A stretch of DNA of 64,000 nt. It comes from Bdellovibrionales bacterium. GTDB taxonomy: Bacteria > Bdellovibrionota > Bdellovibrionia > Bdellovibrionales > JAGQZY01. A model generated the notes under the pieces. That model had not been told where the DNA came from and made no database searches. It saw only the letters and a list, made by a program, of their open reading frames with translations. Made by a program: the position numbers and the translations under genes. The DNA is taken from positions 1,344,001 to 1,408,000 of the forward strand of contig CAXRHT010000002.1 of assembly GCA_964230645.1 (NCBI GenBank). Direction: 5' to 3'. Below, in pieces: positions 58,128 to 64,000 of this stretch. The stretch's first letter is position 1, and the number at the start of each line of letters is the position of its first letter.

Positions 58128-59378
58128 ATGAAAAATTTTATCTATTTATCATTGATACTGTTTGCCGCCCCTCTTTGGGGGAAAGATATATATCTGGCCA
58201 TCGGAGAATCCCATTCCTTTGCCAGTCGCCCTTTGCAAAAAGTGATTGTCCAGAAAAAGGGGCTTCTCTCCCTTTACGATCACAAAAACAAAATAACGAT
58301 CACTGGAAAAAAATTGGGTAAAACCAGACTGGAAATCGGAGAGGATATTTTTGAGGTTTTCATTTTACACCGCAAGAAATACCGCACTTTACAGGCCCTT
58401 AAAAAATGGAGAGCTGGCAAAAGAGGTCCTTTTATTGAAGTTAAGAATAAAAAGGTCATCCTTAATGGTAAAATTCTTTTACTCAATGATTTCAAAAGTT
58501 TAAAGAATTTCTGTCATGACTTCTGTGATTACGAAAATCAAACACAATACTCTCCCCAATTGCAAAAAGAAGTTCAATCTTACCTGGATGAGCTTTTAAG
58601 CACTAACAACCTCACGGCAGCAAAATTAAAAACCTCACCCTACCACACTCTTCGCTTTCCGAAGTCAGAGAAGGATCAGCTATCAGAGTATCGCAGTCTC
58701 CTTTCCCCTTTTGGGGTGCAATGGTTCTTTGATAACAATACCTTTAAGCAGAATTCGACCATTGAAATTCAAGTTTATATTGCCCATTTGAAGAAAAGTT
58801 TTCTCAGGCAATGGGGTGTCGAGTGGCCGAGTCGTCTATCAGCTTCCGTTGTACCAGGTCAAAGTCCCCAAATTGACAGCTTTCAAGTCGCCATCAATGC
58901 TCTTGAGGCCTCTGGAAACGGTCAAATGCTGGCCTCTCCGACACTTGTCACTGAATCCGGCAAGGAAGCACAGTTTCATTCCGGTGGAGAGTTTCCTATT
59001 CAGACACGAAACACCTTTAATAACTCCGTTGACTGGAAAAGATACGGTCTCTTTCTTAAGACAACACCAACGAGTAATTCTCAAAATAATATGAATATTA
59101 AAATTGATTTAGACATCTCCACTCTTGATCATTCTCAGGCGGTTAATGGTATTCCTGGTTTAAATCGAAGCCACCTAAACACCCAGGTTACAATGGTGTC
59201 TCCGCGACCAGTGCTGCTTTCCGGCTTTCTTCAACAGGGTAGTGAGCAAGCCCGATCTGGTCTGCCTTGGCTTTCTCAAATACCCGTGTTTTCCCCTCTG
59301 TTTTCCACAGGACAAATACATAACACCGAATACGAACTGGTTTTTATCCTCATGCCAAGGCTTTACGATGCTCAATGA
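58128..59378 (+). CDS. cpaC: Tad/Flp pilus secretin (RcpA/CpaC family)
   Basis: LA.P.LV..SG..A.F.SGGEFPI, WK.YG..L..TP, GLPWLS.IP....LF, ELV....P. Confidence 0.8.
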   Translation: MKNFIYLSLILFAAPLWGKDIYLAIGESHSFASRPLQKVIVQKKGLLSLYDHKNKITITGKKLGKTRLEIGEDIFEVFILHRKKYRTLQALKKWRAGKRGPFIEVKNKKVILNGKILLLNDFKSLKNFCHDFCDYENQTQYSPQLQKEVQSYLDELLSTNNLTAAKLKTSPYHTLRFPKSEKDQLSEYRSLLSPFGVQWFFDNNTFKQNSTIEIQVYIAHLKKSFLRQWGVEWPSRLSASVVPGQSPQIDSFQVAINALEASGNGQMLASPTLVTESGKEAQFHSGGEFPIQTRNTFNNSVDWKRYGLFLKTTPTSNSQNNMNIKIDLDISTLDHSQAVNGIPGLNRSHLNTQVTMVSPRPVLLSGFLQQGSEQARSGLPWLSQIPVFSPLFSTGQIHNTEYELVFILMPRLYDAQ

Positions 59379-60480
59379 AAAACAAAGACTCAACGAGATT
59401 TTCAGTCAATACAATCCGATGGATCAAATTGACAGAGGACTCTTTCAAAAAAACAAGGAAAAAGAATTTGAGAACTTTGTACTAGAAAAAACCAAAGATC
59501 TTGATCCAATGATCCAGCAAAGAATTATTGAAGAGATCTTCTACTGGGGTCCGCTTAGTCCCCTTCTAGAAAAGGACGACCTTTTTGATATTATTATCCA
59601 AGGGCCAGAAGCCATCTATTACGAAACCTCAAAAGGTATGGAGAAACTCAATGACTGTTTTCTTTCAGAGATTTCCTTTCAAAACTTCGTTGATAGACTG
59701 AGTCATGAAAGCTCTATCATCGTTGATAAGAAAACACCTTTTGCGAATGGAAAATTTAAAAGCTTTCGGGTCCATATTGCGATACCTCCTGTTGTTAAAG
59801 AAACAACCATTACCTTGAGAAAACACAACACCCGTATTTTTAGCCTCGACCAATTGGAACAATCCGGCTTTTTAACAAGCCCGCAAAAGCAATGGTTCTC
59901 CAGTGTTCTTGATGAGAGAAGAAATTTTCTTGTTATCGGACCTACAGGATCGGGTAAGACCACTTTTATTAACTCCTTGCTACAGTCTATACCAGAGACG
60001 GAAAGAATCGTTATCACCGAGGACACCGATGAATTAAATCCGCCCTCCTCACTCACAGCAAAAATGATCTCTCGAGAAATTTGTCCGGACTCGCTCGATC
60101 CAGTGACGATGGGAGATCTAGTCAAACAAAGTCTGAGAATGCGTCCTGATAGAGTTGTGGTCGGAGAAGTCCGGGGAGAGGAAGCCAAAGACTTACTGCA
60201 AGCTCTAGCCACTGGTCATTCGGGCTCTATGGGAACACTTCATGCTCATTCGGCTGCGCAAGCCCTTATTCGTCTTGAAATGCTGATCCAAATGGGAGCA
60301 CCTCAGTGGAGTCTATACTCCATCCGGCAGCTCATTCGAATGAGTCTAGACTATCTTATCGTTTTAAAAGAAAACAGACTTTCAAAAGGGATTAAAGAGG
60401 TTGTTCAGATCGGTGCTCTTGAGGACTTTGGACTTTTATTAGAAGAAGTCGATTTCTCTCACCCCATGATAATTCCCTAA
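59368..60480 (+). CDS. cpaF: Tad pilus ATPase (TadA/CpaF)
   Basis: GPL.PLL, GPTGSGKTT, EDT.EL, LRMRPDR.VVGEVRG.EA, TGH.GS.GT.HA; start re-assigned to ATG 59368. Confidence 0.9.
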   Translation: MLNEKQRLNEIFSQYNPMDQIDRGLFQKNKEKEFENFVLEKTKDLDPMIQQRIIEEIFYWGPLSPLLEKDDLFDIIIQGPEAIYYETSKGMEKLNDCFLSEISFQNFVDRLSHESSIIVDKKTPFANGKFKSFRVHIAIPPVVKETTITLRKHNTRIFSLDQLEQSGFLTSPQKQWFSSVLDERRNFLVIGPTGSGKTTFINSLLQSIPETERIVITEDTDELNPPSSLTAKMISREICPDSLDPVTMGDLVKQSLRMRPDRVVVGEVRGEEAKDLLQALATGHSGSMGTLHAHSAAQALIRLEMLIQMGAPQWSLYSIRQLIRMSLDYLIVLKENRLSKGIKEVVQIGALEDFGLLLEEVDFSHPMIIP

Positions 60481-60562
60481 GATCTTTTCCCATCAAGTCT
60501 TGCATTTGGACCGATGAGTTCTGTCTGGTTGAAAAAAGTTTGGGCCTAATTAAAAAATAAGA

Positions 60563-61561
60563 ATGGCTCACCTTTCTAAAATAACAGTTGGGATTTCCCT
60601 TTTTCTTCATGCCATTGCTTTTTATTTTCTGTTAGAGAAAAAACTCCCACTGTCAGAAGAGAAGATGGCTGAAATTCCAAAACTCTATTTTGTCGAAGAG
60701 AAGGACGCTAAGGGAGCGTCCAAGAAGAGTCGGAAAAACATAAGAAAGAAAGCCCTCCTGGCTCCAAATAAAGCTGCGAATAAAAATTTGCCCAAAAAAT
60801 GGGAGGCCAATGAGGCCTTTAAAAAATTCCAAAGCTTCTCTCCCAAGGTCTACGACGACCACTACTATGGCGAAAGCGGCGGAAGTGAGTCGAGCCCTTT
60901 TCGTGGAGAATGGAGTGATAAACCCGTGATGGCCACATTACAGTCTATGGATCTTCCAGAAATTAGTGAAAATATTTATTTCTTCGAGCTTCTGCGTGAG
61001 AGAATCAACCGAGCGGTTCTTTACCCGAAGGATCTTGCTGAGCACAAAATTACTGGGAAAATCTGGGTGAAGATCCTTGTCGATCCCAAGGGACAACTGC
61101 TTCAGGTTCTCAGTAAGTCAAACAAACAACCCGTACTGGAAGCCTATGTCATCGTAAATATTTTTGAAGCTCTTAAAGAGGTCTTCCCTCAAAAATATTG
61201 GTATTCAAAAAATAAGGATCTCGCTTTTTTATTGAATTTTGATTTTTCCGTATCATCAGTACCTAATCAAAAGCCTCTTCATTTTGCACAGTCGGAAAAA
61301 AACCGAATGGACTTTATAAGAAGGGCGAAAATTCCTAACCTTTTAGAAGAGTTGGCCACTGACTACGCTCGCTATTTTCCACCGATTGTACCCACACCGG
61401 CGGGTCCTATCATCAACTTCGTGCAAGTTTACCGCATGATTGAAGCTTGGTCGGACCTGAATCCTATCGAGAGAAAAAAACAGCGGCTTCGACTAACAAA
61501 ACAAAAAATTAATTTGATGCTCAAGAGGCAAAAAAATAGGGAACCCAGCGGCTCCCTTTAG
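60563..61561 (+). CDS. TonB-like energy transducer with C-terminal extension
   Basis: TM helix with SLFLH (SxxxH); I...V.YP......I.G...V...V...G.L (TonB_C-like). Confidence 0.6.
   Translation: MAHLSKITVGISLFLHAIAFYFLLEKKLPLSEEKMAEIPKLYFVEEKDAKGASKKSRKNIRKKALLAPNKAANKNLPKKWEANEAFKKFQSFSPKVYDDHYYGESGGSESSPFRGEWSDKPVMATLQSMDLPEISENIYFFELLRERINRAVLYPKDLAEHKITGKIWVKILVDPKGQLLQVLSKSNKQPVLEAYVIVNIFEALKEVFPQKYWYSKNKDLAFLLNFDFSVSSVPNQKPLHFAQSEKNRMDFIRRAKIPNLLEELATDYARYFPPIVPTPAGPIINFVQVYRMIEAWSDLNPIERKKQRLRLTKQKINLMLKRQKNREPSGSL
61530..61557 (-). terminator. Probable terminator for the alpha/beta hydrolase gene, overlapping the 3' end of the TonB-like gene
   Basis: Minus strand AGGGAGCC-gctg-GGTTCCCT followed by ATTTTTTT. 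Confidence 0.5.
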
Positions 61562-61581
61562 TAGACGTAATCACTCTTTTA

Positions 61582-62886
61582 TTACTGACCTGAGTGAGCT
61601 TCGAAAAACTCAAGAACCTTCGTCATTGCCGCATCTCTGTATTTATCCGACTCTTTATAGATTTCATGAAAAGCCCCCCCTAATTGATAAAACTGACAAA
61701 GCTCTGGATTACCATGGGAGTTCCAGCGATTAACGTTGTCACAGAAATCACTATGACTATCAAGGTCCGTGCTACCGTCTAAGTGAGGCGTATAGGCACG
61801 AAGGTCGCGAGTCCCGGTAATAAGAAGTATTGGCGTATTTGGTAGCTTTTCTATTTCACTTTTTGAGCGCATATCTTGTAGAAAATAAGTGCTGGCGAGT
61901 GACCACCCCATTGTGGCGCCACCTAAAATGGGCTTTTCCCAGTTTTCATTCTCTGCATAATGCTCTCTCATAAAAGGACGCCAATTGAACTGGTTCCAAA
62001 GGAAAGTTCTAATATTAAATCGGGCCTCACTGTGGGTCATGATTTTCTCAGTGTCCGCTTGGAATATTCGATTCTCAGCCACGTAATCACCAAAAAGTTC
62101 CTCGTTACTGTAATGGTCACAACGACCGGTCACACAGAAAAATTTTGATTGTGAAATCACACCTCTTTCCGAATAAAGAAAATTATTAAACTTTGTAGGC
62201 TCTTTATCGATAAAACTGAGATAATTTACTTTAATCATTGAACCTAGTAAGGCCGCTGCTTTGAACGGACTCTCCTCAGAGAAGTGCTGAAAATAACCAA
62301 GTCCGATGGCTCCGCCCATAGAATTCGAGGTGTAAAAAAAGTCCTGGTTGTTGTACTCCTGACGCGATTTAACGTCCGAGACAATCTCATCAACAGCCAT
62401 TTTAAAATCATTGATATAATGGAAAAAATTAACGAGATGTCCCTTACTATGATTCTCTAGGAGACGAGGAGAAAGCCCTTGCCCGCGATGGTCCATAACA
62501 TAAACAGGAGAATAGCCTTCGGCGATATAATCAATGGCGGTTTCATAATACTCGGGGGATCCTTCACTGCGGCCTGGTCCAATAACTAAAACTCCCTTAT
62601 CTCCCAATTCGCAACCAAACTGGCTATAGCGATAACCGTATTCTCCCTGCTTTTTTTCTCTCACCGGAAAGCCTTGCCGATTGACTCCGTAGGGTCTTGT
62701 TCGCAAATGGCGAGGTGTTTTTACCTTATGAACTTTCCAGAACTTGCTTCCATCAGCGCAAGTTTTGCCGTGGACGACAAAATCCGTAATTTGTTCATAA
62801 ACCTGATTTTCGGGAAGAGCATTAGCAATGGGGAGGAGGGTGAATATAAAAGAAAGTGTTACTAAACTTTGAAAATAAATATTCAT
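61582..62886 (-). CDS. Exported alpha/beta hydrolase, lysophospholipase L2 (PldB)-like
   Basis: PGRSE...Y.E, DHRGQGLS.R, SNSMGG nucleophile elbow, GAFHEI..E.D; signal peptide from ATG 62886. Confidence 0.78.
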   Translation of the reverse strand: MNIYFQSLVTLSFIFTLLPIANALPENQVYEQITDFVVHGKTCADGSKFWKVHKVKTPRHLRTRPYGVNRQGFPVREKKQGEYGYRYSQFGCELGDKGVLVIGPGRSEGSPEYYETAIDYIAEGYSPVYVMDHRGQGLSPRLLENHSKGHLVNFFHYINDFKMAVDEIVSDVKSRQEYNNQDFFYTSNSMGGAIGLGYFQHFSEESPFKAAALLGSMIKVNYLSFIDKEPTKFNNFLYSERGVISQSKFFCVTGRCDHYSNEELFGDYVAENRIFQADTEKIMTHSEARFNIRTFLWNQFNWRPFMREHYAENENWEKPILGGATMGWSLASTYFLQDMRSKSEIEKLPNTPILLITGTRDLRAYTPHLDGSTDLDSHSDFCDNVNRWNSHGNPELCQFYQLGGAFHEIYKESDKYRDAAMTKVLEFFEAHSGQ

Positions 62887-63037
62887 TAGGGCCTCGATTG
62901 TTTTAATTGAGCTCATTCTATGGATTCTGGAAATTTTAACAAGATAAGGTGTAATCATTTCGCAAGTGTTAAAGACCGGTGACACTTTTGGGCTCGTTTA
63001 AAAGCGGACTGCTGTTCCTTTTTTGGTCTTTTAAAAT

Positions 63038-63068
63038 AAAAAACCTGTCATTGCGGTGACAGGCTTTT
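63038..63068 (-). terminator. Rho-independent terminator
   Basis: CCTGTCA / TGACAGG stem with a T tract on the minus strand. Confidence 0.65.
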
Positions 63069-63104
63069 CATATTTATATTCAAGTTTGATCGAGAGAAAT
63101 TTTT

Positions 63105-63644
63105 TTAGACTTCGTAATCGACGTAGGATCCTTTTGGCATATCGTCAACAGGCCCCTGTCTTTCCGGGTTTTCCAACTCTTGCTCAACTTCAGAGAGAGC
63201 TTGGCTGTTGACCGAACCGAGTTGAGCTTCATTAAATATATCTTCCATTTGCTTTGGATACTGAGGAAGTTGTTGCACTTCTGGTTGAGCTCTTAAAATG
63301 GCATTATCCATAGCTGTTTCCTCTCTAACCGATTGACTGGATGTATTTACCACTGAAGGTGATTGAGGCACGGACGATAAGTCCCCATAGTAGGCGTCAC
63401 TGTTAATGTTCACGGTGTCTTTGTCTTGAGATGAAAGTCCCGACATTTGTGGTTTGGGGAAGAATTCATTTTTTTGGACAAACTGATCCGCGTCGATTCT
63501 GTCCTGAACTCTTTGCTGCCTTTCTAATCGTCTTTCCCTATGGGCTTTGAGCGCTCCATCCACAGCCGATCGGTGTCCGCGAGACGCTTTGTTGCGTTCC
63601 CAAAGCGGCATGGCTTGGCTGCTCTTCATACTGACTTTATCCAT
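63105..63644 (-). CDS. Hypothetical, probably disordered protein ending KGSYVDYEV
   Basis: RBS GGAAGGGGGA before ATG 63644; low-complexity Q/S/P/E composition; own terminator. Confidence 0.7.
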   Translation of the reverse strand: MDKVSMKSSQAMPLWERNKASRGHRSAVDGALKAHRERRLERQQRVQDRIDADQFVQKNEFFPKPQMSGLSSQDKDTVNINSDAYYGDLSSVPQSPSVVNTSSQSVREETAMDNAILRAQPEVQQLPQYPKQMEDIFNEAQLGSVNSQALSEVEQELENPERQGPVDDMPKGSYVDYEV

Positions 63645-63846
63645 AAGTCTCCCCCTTCCTTGGGTTACAGACTCTCTATCGGAGTCCACTGTCTCAAAAT
63701 GAACGAGACAAATGTCCTGAATCTTGGCTGTCTAAAAAGTGGTCGCCACACTTTGAAAATTTTTCTCTAAAAACCTAAAAACCCCTATTTTTACTCAGCT
63801 TATGCTAACCTCTCCCCACTCTCAAAACCACAAGGCGGTCCCAAAA

Positions 63847-64000
63847 ATGAAGTCAATCTCTGTCTTTTTACTAACAGTGCTGTTTTCCTCTCAGCTTTTA
63901 GCTGCGGCAGGCACGACAGATCCGAGCTGTACCAAAACTAACAACCAAGACCCTTACGAGAACCCCACTCGAATTGGCTCGGAATCAAAGTTGTACCCTA
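63847..64000 (+). CDS. Exported protein, N-terminal fragment; runs off the window
   Basis: Not in the ORF track; MKSISVFLLTVLFSSQLLAAAGTTDPSC... is open to the window end. Confidence 0.6.
   Translation, partial: MKSISVFLLTVLFSSQLLAAAGTTDPSCTKTNNQDPYENPTRIGSESKLYP

Overview
This is a gene-dense chromosomal window with no rRNA, tRNA, CRISPR array or transposase that I could detect. It most likely comes from a predatory Bdellovibrionota (Bdellovibrio-like) bacterium. That assignment is inferred from a 10-gene Agl/Glt gliding-type operon, a myxobacterial-type Ser/Thr kinase, an FtsZ with a very long linker, a split Tad locus and many exported hydrolases. Housekeeping genes are coaE, a fadD-like ligase, an M3 peptidase-nadK-recN block and ftsQ-ftsA-ftsZ-lpxH. 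A stress-type block follows: MscS, PfpI, Sad, TamAB, YihY and Ndh. The best candidate for an undescribed system is at 28.5-34.6 kb. It is a ZorA/ZorB-like (MotA/MotB superfamily) motor pair in reversed order with no Zorya effector genes. The B subunit carries a ~360-residue coiled coil before its OmpA-like domain, and a 1044-aa FHA/hendecad coiled-coil membrane protein lies downstream. Other points of note: a heme-c gene missing from the ORF track; a 152-bp element with perfect 45-bp inverted repeats; two REP-like palindromic elements; several correctly spaced sigma28-like promoters; an intergenic 12-mer found three times; an ExbD-type subunit lacking its transmembrane Asp; and a coupled M15 peptidase/partner pair. 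All family calls come from reading motifs by eye, and several start codons were re-assigned from the ORF track.
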